A DNA stretch of 64,000 bases from Tagaea sp. GTDB lineage: Bacteria > Pseudomonadota > Alphaproteobacteria > CACIAM-22H2. The stretch spans positions 352,001 through 416,000 of the forward strand of contig CBDIIB010000003.1 of the NCBI GenBank assembly GCA_965279525.1. The letters run 5' to 3'. Made by a program: the position numbers and the translations under genes. How positions within the stretch are numbered: the stretch's first letter is position 1; each line of letters starts with the position of its first letter. This document shows, in pieces, positions 39,268-48,913 of this stretch. The notes under the pieces are model-generated. The model made no database searches. It saw only the letters and a list, made by a program, of their open reading frames with translations, and had not been told where the DNA came from.

Positions 39268-40269
39268 TCACTCGGCCTTGTTCGAGAGCTTGTTGACGCC
39301 TTCCTGGGTGTAGCTCACGCCCATCGCCTTCTGGATCGTCCGGATGTCCTTCCAGGCGTCCTTGTACGAAAGCGTCGTGAAGCCGTGGGTGTCCTTGAAC
39401 TCGGTCGCGAGTTTCGACTTCTTGAAGTCGAAGTCGATGAAGGCCTTGACGATCTTGTCCTTGAGTTCGGGCTTGAGATTGTGTGCGACACCGAAGGCCG
39501 TGCGAGGGAACGGGGCGGATTCATAGATGACCCGCAGCGCACCCTTCGGAAACATGCCGCGCGCTTCCATGCGGTCGACGACGGACGACGCGACCGGAGC
39601 GGCGTCATAGTCCTTGTTGACCACGCCCATGATCGAGTTGTCGTGCTTCCCGGAGAAGATGACCTCGTAGTCTTTCCCCGGCTCGACGCCGAGCGCCTTG
39701 AACAGCATGCGCGGTGCCGTATCGCCGGAGTTCGACGACGGAGCGACGTGCGCGACGCGCTTGCCCTTCAGATCGGCAAGCGTGCGGATCGAGCTGTCCT
39801 TGTGGGTGATGAGGCGCAGCGTGTAGCCGATGCCGGTATCGTTCTGCATCGCCGCGACCGGCACGAAACCGGCAAGATTCACGGCAAACGGGGTGGGGCC
39901 GGAAGCGACGCCCGCGATGTGCAGGCGGCCCGAGCGCATCGCCTCGACCTGTGCGGCGTAGGATTCCGCGGGGAACCAGCGGATGCGCTTGCCGGTTGCC
40001 TTGGAAAGATGCTCGAGGAAATCGGAGAACACGTTCTCGTAGACGGCCGGATCCTCGACAGGCGTGTAGGAGAAGACCAGCGTCGCCGGATCCTGGACCT
40101 GACGGGGGTCCGTCGGCAGATCGGCGAGCATGTCTCCGTCGGAGTCGCAATAGCGCACGTCGAGATCGCCGCGATTGGCGCACGTACCTTGTGCAGCGAC
40201 GGGTGCCGTCGTCAGGAATGCAAGCAGCGCGATCGTTGCACTGCCGCAAGCCAGCTTCATACCGATCAT
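39268..40269 (-). CDS. phnD: PhnD-type phosphate/phosphonate/phosphoester binding protein
   Basis: SYAAQVEAMRSG, SSNSG, SGKHDNS; GGAGG RBS before 40269. Confidence 0.88.
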   Translation of the reverse strand: MIGMKLACGSATIALLAFLTTAPVAAQGTCANRGDLDVRYCDSDGDMLADLPTDPRQVQDPATLVFSYTPVEDPAVYENVFSDFLEHLSKATGKRIRWFPAESYAAQVEAMRSGRLHIAGVASGPTPFAVNLAGFVPVAAMQNDTGIGYTLRLITHKDSSIRTLADLKGKRVAHVAPSSNSGDTAPRMLFKALGVEPGKDYEVIFSGKHDNSIMGVVNKDYDAAPVASSVVDRMEARGMFPKGALRVIYESAPFPRTAFGVAHNLKPELKDKIVKAFIDFDFKKSKLATEFKDTHGFTTLSYKDAWKDIRTIQKAMGVSYTQEGVNKLSNKAE

Positions 40270-40299
40270 TTGACTGTTCCTCCCGGGGTTGAGGTTCAA

Positions 40300-42399
40300 C
40301 TATCTCGGAAAAGCTGCCGCGATTCCGCCGTCCACGGGCAACATCGCGCCAGTCGTCTTGGACAGAGCACCGCCGACGAAGCAGAAGGCGGCGTCGGCAA
40401 CGTCTTCAGGCAACACTTCGACCGCAAGCAGGGTGCGTTGGGCATAATGCTGGGGCAGTGCATCGAGCGCAACGCCATGCGCGCGCGCCCGGTCGGCCGC
40501 CCAGCCGGCCGCCCAGATGCCAGATCCGCGGATCACGGCGTCCGGGTTGATCGTGTTGACCCGGATTCCGAACTTTCCGAGTTCGGCGGCGAGCAGACGC
40601 GCCTGGTGCGCCTGGGCGGCCTTGACGCTGCCGTAGGCGACGTTGCTTGGCCCGGCGACAACGGCGTTCTTGCTGGCGATGTAGAGGATGTCGCCACCGA
40701 GCGCCTGATGCTTCATCTGGCGCACGAAGGCCTGTGCCAGCAGCAGGGATCCGCGTGTCATCACGTCGTGCATCAGGTCGAACTGCTCGATCGCGAACGC
40801 GTCGACGTCGCCGGCGATCGACAGGCCGGCATTGTTGACGAGGATGTCGAGGCCGCCGAAGCCGAGCGAGGCCGTCTCGACGGCGCGTTCGACCGCCTTG
40901 GCATCGCGCAGGTCGGCAACGACCGTCCGGACATTGTCTGCGCCGTGAATCTTGGCGAGCTCGTTCGCCGCATCGGCGAGCTTGGCGGCGTCGATATCGA
41001 GCAGGGCGACGGCAGCGCCTTCGGCCAGAAACCGTCGTGCGATGGCAAGTCCGATCCCGTTTGCAGCACCGCTGACGAGTGCCGCGCGCCGTGCCAACGC
41101 GCGCTCGGGCGGCTGGCGCTTGAGCTTGGCTTCTTCGAGCGCCCAGTACTCGATGCCGAAGGCATCGGCCGGCGGCAGGCCCTTGTAGCCGCCAAGCCGT
41201 TCCGCACCCTCCATGACGTTCACGGCATTGGTAAAATACTCACCTGCAATTCGTGCCGTCGCTGCATCTTTGGCGAAGGTGAACATGCCGATCCCGGGCC
41301 ACAGCACGACGACCGGCTGCGGGTCGCGCATCGGAGGCGAGTCCGCCAGCGCGTGGCGCTTGTAGTAAGCGGCGTGCTCGACGGCATATGCGTCGAATAG
41401 CGGCCGCGCGAGCCCGGCAAGCGTCTTGGGGTCGCGGGTCGCTTCGGCGGGAAGCAGGAGCGGGGCGACCTTTGTGCGCAGGAAATGATCGGGACAGCTT
41501 GTTCCGATCGCCGAAAGTCGCGCTCCGTCCGCCGAGCCTGCGAAGGCGAGGATCTGCTCGCTGTCGACGAAAGCACCGATCTTGCGCGTCTGGCGCGATG
41601 CGAGCCCACGCAAGACAGGCATTGCCGCCGCGGCGACGCGGCGGCGCTCGGCGGCGTCCGGAGCGCCCTTCAACACCGAACCGCCGAATGCAGTACCCGT
41701 TGCGCGGGCCGAGAGGAACTTCACGGCACGGTTGATGAGGCCGACCGAGCGGCGATAGCAGGCCTCTGACGTGTCGGCCCACGAGATGATGCCGTGTCCA
41801 CCGAGCATGACGCCGGCCAATTTCGGATTGGCGGCGGCCAATTCGGAGATCTTCACGGCAAGCTCGAACCCGGGTCGGATCCAGCCGAGCCACCCGACCT
41901 CACCGCCGTAGATTTCCCGGGTCATCGCCTCGCCGTCGCGCGCGGCGGCAATGGCGATCACGGCGTCGGGGTGCAGGTGGTCGACATGGCGTGCCGGGAG
42001 CAGGGCATGCAGTGGCGTGTCGATCGACGGTGCTCGGCTCTTCGGGTGGAACAGGCAATGGTCATAGAAGGCGACCATCGAATCCTCATCGGCAGGGCCG
42101 CGGTAGCGGGCGCGCAGTGCCGTCAAACGGTCCATGCGTAGCTGTGCGAGGCCGTCCTTGGTCAGCGTGCCGATGTCGCCACCCGAGCCCTTGACCCACA
42201 GGACGCTGACAGGCTCGCCGGTGACAGGGTCCCGCATGTCCGCCTTGGCGCTCGTGTTGCCGCCCGCGAAGTTGGTGATCCGCAGATCGCCGCCCAGCAG
42301 GTTGGACCGGTACACGAGGAGCGCAACTTCGTCGCCTGCGAGCGTCGCGGCATGCGCATTGTTCCAGCGGTCGTCGACAGTCTGATCGATCGTTGCCAT
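40300..42399 (-). CDS. rhaD: Bifunctional rhamnulose-1-phosphate aldolase / SDR dehydrogenase
   Basis: YRSNLLG, GGNTSAK, PSIDTPLH, DHLHPD, SCPDHFLRTK, FGIEYWALEEAKL; C-terminal SDR. Confidence 0.93.
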   Translation of the reverse strand: MATIDQTVDDRWNNAHAATLAGDEVALLVYRSNLLGGDLRITNFAGGNTSAKADMRDPVTGEPVSVLWVKGSGGDIGTLTKDGLAQLRMDRLTALRARYRGPADEDSMVAFYDHCLFHPKSRAPSIDTPLHALLPARHVDHLHPDAVIAIAAARDGEAMTREIYGGEVGWLGWIRPGFELAVKISELAAANPKLAGVMLGGHGIISWADTSEACYRRSVGLINRAVKFLSARATGTAFGGSVLKGAPDAAERRRVAAAAMPVLRGLASRQTRKIGAFVDSEQILAFAGSADGARLSAIGTSCPDHFLRTKVAPLLLPAEATRDPKTLAGLARPLFDAYAVEHAAYYKRHALADSPPMRDPQPVVVLWPGIGMFTFAKDAATARIAGEYFTNAVNVMEGAERLGGYKGLPPADAFGIEYWALEEAKLKRQPPERALARRAALVSGAANGIGLAIARRFLAEGAAVALLDIDAAKLADAANELAKIHGADNVRTVVADLRDAKAVERAVETASLGFGGLDILVNNAGLSIAGDVDAFAIEQFDLMHDVMTRGSLLLAQAFVRQMKHQALGGDILYIASKNAVVAGPSNVAYGSVKAAQAHQARLLAAELGKFGIRVNTINPDAVIRGSGIWAAGWAADRARAHGVALDALPQHYAQRTLLAVEVLPEDVADAAFCFVGGALSKTTGAMLPVDGGIAAAFPR

Positions 42400-42401
42400 A
42401 T

Positions 42402-43694
42402 TCAGAGTCCTGTTGCCTGGCGGAATCCGCGCTGGCGCGCGGCCTCCTGCCGGTAGCCGGCGGCACGAAAAGCCGCCAGGGGATCGAGTGCACCACCCTT
42501 GCGCCGCCGCGTCTCGCGGACAAGCGGGCGCATGTCGGAGCGGAAAGCGTCCTGCAGAGTCTCCTGCGCGAGCACCGGATCGTTCTGCGCGCGTGCAGCC
42601 GCCAGCGCGATCCGGTCGACTGTCAGGGCTTGGGCATAGGCGACGAGGATCGCTTCGGTCGACTGGAGCACATCTTCCATCGGGTCCTTGACGTTGTGGC
42701 TCGCGTCGATCATCAGGTCCGGCGCGTGACCTGCAAGCAGCCCATCACGTTCGGCCTCCACAAGTTCGTTGCAGATCAGGAACAGCTGGTAGGGATGGAT
42801 CGAACCCGTCGTCAGGTCGTCGTCGCCGTACTTCGAATCATTGAAGTGGAATCCGCCCAGACGGCCCTGATGGACGAGCATAGCGACGATCTGCTCGATG
42901 TTGGCGTTGGGCAAATGATGCCCGAGATCGACAAGGCAGCGTGCCTGCGGCCCGAGTGCGCGCGCGATCAATAGGCTCGTCCCCCAGTCTGGATTCACCG
43001 AGCTGTAGAAGGCCGGTTCGAAGGGCTTGTGCTCGGTATAGAGCGACCAGCCGGCGGGAAGTGAGGCATAGACCTGCGCCAGACTTTCGATCGTCCGGTC
43101 GAGAGCACCACGGAAACTGTGCTGGCCGGGGTGGTTGGTGCCGTCGGAGAGCCACACGGTGATCGCTTTGCTTCCGAGCGCCTCGCCGAGTGCGACGACG
43201 CCGAGCATGTGGTCGACCGCCCGGGAGCGGGCTTCGTCCCAGACATTGCTGACCGATCCGTAGCGGTAGCTGGCACGCGGGTCGTTGGGCGGTTCGCCAT
43301 CCTGGAAGGTGTTCGAATTGATCGGGCCGCACACGATCGCGTTCGACCGGAGGCAGTCGCGCAAGGCTGCCGGATCGTCCGGCCGGTCCCAGGGGATGTG
43401 CAGGCTGATCTCGCCGTTGGCGCGGGTGAGCCGGTCGATCGCCGCGACGTCCTCGACCTTCTGGATGACGTCGCGCGGTTCGCCGGCCTGCGTGAATCTT
43501 CCGAAGCGCGTACCGCCGGTGCCGAGCGCCCAGCTCGGCACGGCGATGCGTAGTGCCGACAGGCGCGCGATTGCCGCCTCGAACTCAACGCCGCGGCGCG
43601 CAAGCTGCCGACTGGCATGTTCGAGGTCCACCTCGTGAGCGGAACCGTCGCGGCGGGACTGGCGGTCGATCTGTTCGGTCAATCTGTCGGTCAT
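42402..43694 (-). CDS. rhaI: L-rhamnose isomerase, RhaI (Pseudomonas/Rhizobium type)
   Basis: VPSWALGTGGTRFGRF, LHIPWD, NSNTFQD, EHKPFEPAFY, DLGHH, FHFNDSKYGDDDL. Confidence 0.92.
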   Translation of the reverse strand: MTDRLTEQIDRQSRRDGSAHEVDLEHASRQLARRGVEFEAAIARLSALRIAVPSWALGTGGTRFGRFTQAGEPRDVIQKVEDVAAIDRLTRANGEISLHIPWDRPDDPAALRDCLRSNAIVCGPINSNTFQDGEPPNDPRASYRYGSVSNVWDEARSRAVDHMLGVVALGEALGSKAITVWLSDGTNHPGQHSFRGALDRTIESLAQVYASLPAGWSLYTEHKPFEPAFYSSVNPDWGTSLLIARALGPQARCLVDLGHHLPNANIEQIVAMLVHQGRLGGFHFNDSKYGDDDLTTGSIHPYQLFLICNELVEAERDGLLAGHAPDLMIDASHNVKDPMEDVLQSTEAILVAYAQALTVDRIALAAARAQNDPVLAQETLQDAFRSDMRPLVRETRRRKGGALDPLAAFRAAGYRQEAARQRGFRQATGL

Positions 43695-44725
43695 GCTGGA
43701 TCTCGACGATGGATCAACGGTGCGGTCGATCCGCGGACGATGAGTCGGGTCGGCACGATCGCCGAGGTCGGCCGGCGGCCGGTCAGTTGGGCATGGAGTG
43801 CCGATAGGGCCGCGCGCGCGATCGTCGGCACGTCCTGCGCGACCGTCGTCAGGGCCGGGTCGAACGCTTCGTCGAGCCACAGATTGTCGTATCCGACGAT
43901 GGACAGATCGTCGGGAATGCGCAGGCCTCCGCGGAGAGCCGTGGCCATGAAACCGAGAGCCATCAGGTCGCTGGCCGCGACAAGCGCCGTCGGGCGCCTG
44001 TCGAGCGCCAGCAAGGTGCGACCGACGGACTGTCCGCCAGCAAAAGTATAGGTCGTTCCGAATATCCATTCCGGGCGGCAGTCGAGACCGGCTTCGGCCA
44101 TCGCCTGGCGATAACCTTCAATGCGATCCTGGCCCGCGCCGATCTCGGCCGATGGACCCACGCAGCCGATCTCACGATGGCCGATCTCGACGAGATGCCG
44201 GACGGCCGTGACCATCGCCTCGCGTCCGTCAGAGCGGATGCTCGCGACGCCGCCGGTCAGATCGGATTGGTCGAGGATTACGGCCGGATAGCCGTCGAGT
44301 TCGGCACGCAGGTCGGGCGCCAGCGCATCGACCGACTGAAGCGGCGACATAATGACGCCGCTGACTCCGCGCCGCTTCAGGCTGCGGACCAGGCCGGGCA
44401 ACGTGTCCTCCTGGCCGGCAAGCGAGGCGACGAGAAAATTCATGCCGGCTTCGCGGAAGAGCGGCTCCATCTCGGCCAGAAGCTGGTGGAAGTAGGCATT
44501 CAAGAAGTCGTTGACGATGATCGCTACCGTTCGGGATGCCGCGCGCCCGCGCATCTGCCGGGCGGCGAACATCGGTACGTAGCCGAGGGACGCGATGACG
44601 TCTTCGATGCGCGAGCGCGTCTGTTCTGCCACAGGACCGCTGGCATTGAGCACGCGCGAAACGGTTGCCGGCGACGCGTTCGCGAGGCGGGCGACGTCCT
44701 TTATCGTGGCCTGTTTCGGGATCAT
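43691..44725 (-). CDS. LacI family regulator
   Basis: TIKDVARLANASPATVSRVLN; IPDDLSIVGYDN; LTTV. Confidence 0.95.
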   Translation of the reverse strand: MIPKQATIKDVARLANASPATVSRVLNASGPVAEQTRSRIEDVIASLGYVPMFAARQMRGRAASRTVAIIVNDFLNAYFHQLLAEMEPLFREAGMNFLVASLAGQEDTLPGLVRSLKRRGVSGVIMSPLQSVDALAPDLRAELDGYPAVILDQSDLTGGVASIRSDGREAMVTAVRHLVEIGHREIGCVGPSAEIGAGQDRIEGYRQAMAEAGLDCRPEWIFGTTYTFAGGQSVGRTLLALDRRPTALVAASDLMALGFMATALRGGLRIPDDLSIVGYDNLWLDEAFDPALTTVAQDVPTIARAALSALHAQLTGRRPTSAIVPTRLIVRGSTAPLIHRRDPA

Positions 44726-46095
44726 GCGGATGCCACCGCACGTCGCCAGCTATCGCGATGCGCCGCGATCCGTGCATCGGCGATGGGGACGGCGGTGACG
44801 AAACCCGTACCGTTGCCGCGGCGACCGCGCGCGACGAGGGCGGCACCGAGCGGTGTCCCGTCCGTCGCCGTGTCGAGATGGATGCGATCCGATGGGCGTA
44901 TCGCCGCAAGCGTGCGACCGAACAGCGGCAGACCGGCAAACGGCCCGGTGACATAAATGTCTGCGGCCGCGCCGAGGCGGTCGAGGCACCAGTCGCTGAC
45001 AAGTGCCACGTAAAGGATGGCAAGTGCTGCTCGTCCGGCCGCGTCGAGCGTGCCGTCCGCAAATACGCGGCCAGGCAGGATGCGGAACGGTCCACCTGCT
45101 GTGGCGAACGAAGGAAGCGCCGTCGCGCCTGAGGCGATGACCTGCATCAATGCCGTATCGTTGGCGAGTGGCAGCGATTCTGCCGAGACGATTGCCTCGG
45201 CCTCGCGTCCGCCCATAAAGCGGATGCTCGGCACCGAGGTGCCGTCGGGCGCGACGTTCGCAAGCATGTCTTTGGCTGGATCGAGCGTATCCACCGACCC
45301 ACCAGGGCGAAGTGCGACGAACCAGGTTCCGGTCGAAAGGATTGTCGCACTGCCGTCGCCCCGCCCGATACAGCGCCAGGCAGCGGCGTTGCTGTCGTGT
45401 ACGCCGCAATGGATCGGCAAGCCGTCTGGAAGGCCGAGGCGCCGCGCAATTCCAGGATCGAGAGTTCCGATCACATCGCCCGCCGGGCGGATCGGTGCAA
45501 AACGCGTGTCCCATCCACGCCGGGTTGCGAGCCGCGAATAGCCGCGAGTCATCGGGTTCCAAAGATCGGTGTGGCAGCCCAGGGACGATACTTCGCTCGC
45601 TGCTACCCCGGAAAATCGCCATGCCCAATACTGCGGGAACGGCACCAGATAGCGTCCGGCCGAGAAACGGGCGGGATCGACGTCTTCCATCCATGCGAGC
45701 TGCCGGCCAAGATTGAGACCGGCAGGCAGCTGTGGCGAGAGGGTTTCCGAGAAGTCCCGCACTTCGGCGCCGTAGGCGGCGGCGACATTCGCGGGCGGCT
45801 CGGCCTCGTAGTCCATAACCGGCAATGCGAGTGATCCGTCGCCGATCAGCGCTGCGGCGGCACCATGCGCGACCGGCATCACGCCGGTCGGTGCGAAGTC
45901 CTGAGCCATCTCAGAAAGCCCGTCGCACAAAGCGGCGAAAGTGTCGTCGACATCGAGATGCGGATAGGGCGGGGCGCCGCGCGCACGACAGGCGTGCCGG
46001 CGGACGAACGAGATCTGGCCGTCTTCCGCCACGCCGACGACACGCGCGGCGGACTTTCCGACGTCGAGGACCGCAAGGACGGGCTCGCGCGTCAT
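44722..46095 (-). CDS. rhaK: FGGY carbohydrate kinase, rhizobial RhaK type
   Basis: LDVGKS, HGAAAAL, GLNLGRQL, GCHTDLW, GVHDSNA, STGTW, RFMGGRE. Confidence 0.88.
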   Translation of the reverse strand: MTREPVLAVLDVGKSAARVVGVAEDGQISFVRRHACRARGAPPYPHLDVDDTFAALCDGLSEMAQDFAPTGVMPVAHGAAAALIGDGSLALPVMDYEAEPPANVAAAYGAEVRDFSETLSPQLPAGLNLGRQLAWMEDVDPARFSAGRYLVPFPQYWAWRFSGVAASEVSSLGCHTDLWNPMTRGYSRLATRRGWDTRFAPIRPAGDVIGTLDPGIARRLGLPDGLPIHCGVHDSNAAAWRCIGRGDGSATILSTGTWFVALRPGGSVDTLDPAKDMLANVAPDGTSVPSIRFMGGREAEAIVSAESLPLANDTALMQVIASGATALPSFATAGGPFRILPGRVFADGTLDAAGRAALAILYVALVSDWCLDRLGAAADIYVTGPFAGLPLFGRTLAAIRPSDRIHLDTATDGTPLGAALVARGRRGNGTGFVTAVPIADARIAAHRDSWRRAVASA

Positions 46096-47774
46096 ACCAG
46101 CGCCTCTTCCCGCTTGCCCAGAAACGTGAACAGCACGACGAGCGGCAGGAAGGTCAGCAGGATCAGCACCGTGCCGAGCGCGGACGCGATACCGAAATTG
46201 GCGTTCACGACCTCATTGAAGATTTCGATGCTGAGCGTGACGGTGTTTCCCGATTGCAGGATCAGCGTGGCGCTGAGCTCGCGGATCGTGTTCGACCACG
46301 TCAACAGAACGCCGGACAGGATCGCCATCGCGAGCAGCGGCACCGTTATCTTCAGGAAGGTGCGGCCAGGACCGGCGCCGAGATTGATCGAGGCGTCCTC
46401 CGTGTCCCTTGAAAGCTGCTGCAGCATGCTGACCGACGAGCGTACCGAAAAGGGAAGGCGGCGAATGAAGAAGGCCAGAATCAGGATGGCCGACGTGCCG
46501 GTCAGGATGATCGGCGGCTCGTTGTAGGTGACGATCAGTCCGACGCCGAGCACGATGCCGGGAACCGCGTAGGAGAACATCACCACACCGTCCAGCAGTC
46601 CGCCGAGCCGGCCGGGGCGGCGGACGATGATGTAGCCGACCGCGGTTCCGACGACCGCGCACATTGTCGTCGCGACGGTCGTGTAGAAGATCGTGTTTGA
46701 AAGCGGTGTCGCGATCGTGCGGAAGATGTGGACATAGTTCCCGAGCGTGAATTCGGCGACGAGCAGCGGCCCGTTCGCCTTCAGGAACGACGAGATCACG
46801 ATATTGATGATCGGCATCAGTGCCAGTCCGACAAGCAGCAGAACGTAGGCACTGGCAAGAAGCCGTTTCAGTGGCCGCTGCTCTTGCATCGTCAGCGGCC
46901 GGATCGCGGCTGTGCCGTGTGCGTGGCGCGCGGCGAACCAGCGCTGCAGGAGCAGCGCGGCTGTCGTCACGGTCAGCAGCAGTACGGCAAGCGTGCTGGC
47001 CAGGACCGGTCGGCCGCCGAATTCGTTGACGAACTCGCCGTAGATCAGCACGGGCAGCACGCGGAACCGTTCGCCGATGATGATAGGCGTGCCGATGTCG
47101 GTGAAGGCGGCGACGAAGACGAGCAGCGCGCCGGCACTGATCGACGGAACAAGCAGCGGGAGGAGCACGGTGAAGAAGACGCGCAGTTCGCCGCTCCCGA
47201 GGTTGCGCGCGGCATCCTCTATCGACTGGTCGATCGACTTCAGCCCCGACGACACCATAAGGAATACGAACGGGAAAAACTGGAGTGTGAAGACAAGGAC
47301 GATGCCAGGCGCCCCGTAGATCGAGGGAAGGGGAATGCCGAAGTCCGCCAAAGTCGATGTGATCAGGCCGCTCCGTCCGAAGAGGATGACCCACGAGTAC
47401 GAACCGATGAAGGGTGGCGACACGAACGTCAGCACGACAGCCGCTCGCACGAAGCCACGGCCCCAGATATCATAGCGTGTGGCGAAATACGCAGCAGGCA
47501 CACCGAAAAGGACAGCCAGAACGGTTGTCGCGGCGCTGACCTGGAGACTGTTGATCAGGGTCTGGTAGTAAAAGCGCTCCGAAAAGAATGTCTTGTAGTT
47601 CGCAAGCACGCTCGACTGCGCGTCCTTGCCCGAAAGGCTGAGGCCGATGATGTTGATGACGGGCATGACCAGCAGTGCGAAGAGCGCCACGAACACCAGC
47701 GCCGTGACGACCGGCCAGAAGCCCATCCGACGCGCGAGCCAGCCGCCGGCACGACTGTGGACAGCGCTCGTCAT
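46092..47774 (-). CDS. ABC permease, fused FbpB/AfuB type
   Basis: SPPFIGSYSW, IEDAARNLG, RRLPF, EDASINLG. Confidence 0.9.
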   Translation of the reverse strand: MTSAVHSRAGGWLARRMGFWPVVTALVFVALFALLVMPVINIIGLSLSGKDAQSSVLANYKTFFSERFYYQTLINSLQVSAATTVLAVLFGVPAAYFATRYDIWGRGFVRAAVVLTFVSPPFIGSYSWVILFGRSGLITSTLADFGIPLPSIYGAPGIVLVFTLQFFPFVFLMVSSGLKSIDQSIEDAARNLGSGELRVFFTVLLPLLVPSISAGALLVFVAAFTDIGTPIIIGERFRVLPVLIYGEFVNEFGGRPVLASTLAVLLLTVTTAALLLQRWFAARHAHGTAAIRPLTMQEQRPLKRLLASAYVLLLVGLALMPIINIVISSFLKANGPLLVAEFTLGNYVHIFRTIATPLSNTIFYTTVATTMCAVVGTAVGYIIVRRPGRLGGLLDGVVMFSYAVPGIVLGVGLIVTYNEPPIILTGTSAILILAFFIRRLPFSVRSSVSMLQQLSRDTEDASINLGAGPGRTFLKITVPLLAMAILSGVLLTWSNTIRELSATLILQSGNTVTLSIEIFNEVVNANFGIASALGTVLILLTFLPLVVLFTFLGKREEALV

Positions 47775-48838
47775 CGAGCTTCGACCGGAAAAAGCCAGAG
47801 TGCACCGGGCGGCAGCGAAAGGCCGACCCGGCTTCCTGGCATCGGGAGTTCCTGGCCCGCGCGGCCCGTGAGCGCCACTTGCGCGGTATGGCCGGGGGCA
47901 AGTTCGAGAACGAGGCGGATCGTTGCACCGTAGAACTGCGTGTCTGCGACCGTCGCATTCCAGCCGCCATCGATCGGGGTTCCCAGCACGAGGTCGTGGC
48001 TGCGGAACGCGATTTCGGCCTGCGGGCCAACTGCGGCGGCGCGGTCGGCGGGCACCGAAAGTCTGCCGCCGCCGGGCACTTCGTATACGGCCGCGCCAAC
48101 TCGCGTGGCGGGCAGGAAGTTACTCTCGCCGATGAAGGACGCGACAAAGCGTGTCTGCGGCCTATGGAAGATCTCGACCGGGGTGCCGACCTGCTCGACA
48201 TGACCGGCGCTCATTACGGCGACGCGATCCGACATCATCAGCGCTTCTTCCTGATCATGGGTCACATAGATCGTCGTGACCCCGATCTGGCGCTGCAGCG
48301 CCCGAATTTCACCACGCAGATGCACGCGCATTTCCGTATCGAGATTCGACAGGGGTTCGTCCATGAGCAGGACGTCCGGCTCGATCACGATCGCGCGCGC
48401 CAGCACGACGCGCTGCTGCTGTCCGCCGGAAAGCTCGCGCGGGCGGCGGTGGCCGAGATGTTCGAGCCGCATCATCGCGAGCATGCGGGCGACACGGTCG
48501 TTCACCTCGGCCTTGGGCAATCCCCGTGCGCGCAAGCCGTAAGCGATGTTGTCGATGACCGTCAGATGGGGAAAGATCGCGTAGTTCTGGAAGACCATCC
48601 CCGTATTGCGTCGGTGTGCGGGGACGTCATCGATGCAGGTATCGCCAAACAGGATGCGCCCGCCGCTCTGCGGCATGAACCCAGCGACAATGCGCAGCAG
48701 CGTGGTCTTGCCGCAGCCGCTGGAACCCAACAGCGTGAAGAACTCGCCCTTCGCGATCGATAGATCGACCTTGTCGACCGCCGTAACCTCACCGAACCTT
48801 TTGCTGACCTGCTCTATGCGGACCGAAGTCGACGCCAT
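47771..48838 (-). CDS. ABC ATPase, FbpC/PotA type
   Basis: GSSGCGKT, LSGGQQQR, MDEPLSNLD. Confidence 0.93.
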   Translation of the reverse strand: MASTSVRIEQVSKRFGEVTAVDKVDLSIAKGEFFTLLGSSGCGKTTLLRIVAGFMPQSGGRILFGDTCIDDVPAHRRNTGMVFQNYAIFPHLTVIDNIAYGLRARGLPKAEVNDRVARMLAMMRLEHLGHRRPRELSGGQQQRVVLARAIVIEPDVLLMDEPLSNLDTEMRVHLRGEIRALQRQIGVTTIYVTHDQEEALMMSDRVAVMSAGHVEQVGTPVEIFHRPQTRFVASFIGESNFLPATRVGAAVYEVPGGGRLSVPADRAAAVGPQAEIAFRSHDLVLGTPIDGGWNATVADTQFYGATIRLVLELAPGHTAQVALTGRAGQELPMPGSRVGLSLPPGALWLFPVEAR

Positions 48839-48872
48839 ACCCGTGCCTCTGAAATTGAGTCGACTGATGGAA

Positions 48873-48907
48873 TGCCGCCGCCCGGATCGCCGATCCGGGC
48901 GGCGGCA
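48873..48907. terminator. Perfect 16-bp hairpin just after the SBP gene (stabiliser/attenuator)
   Basis: TGCCGCCGCCCGGATC-GCC-GATCCGGGCGGCGGCA. Confidence 0.7.
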
Positions 48908-48913
48908 AGCCGT

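Noticed and set aside
39385-41400. 671-aa plus-strand ORF (also 11411-13363, 32326-34122, 2035-3705, 52360-54012)
   Set aside because: Antisense shadows of well-supported genes, expected in high-GC DNA; no recognisable motifs
43695-44069. N-terminal extension of RhaI (555-aa ORF)
   Set aside because: Lies within the lacI gene in another frame; ATG at 43694 gives the usual overlap and length
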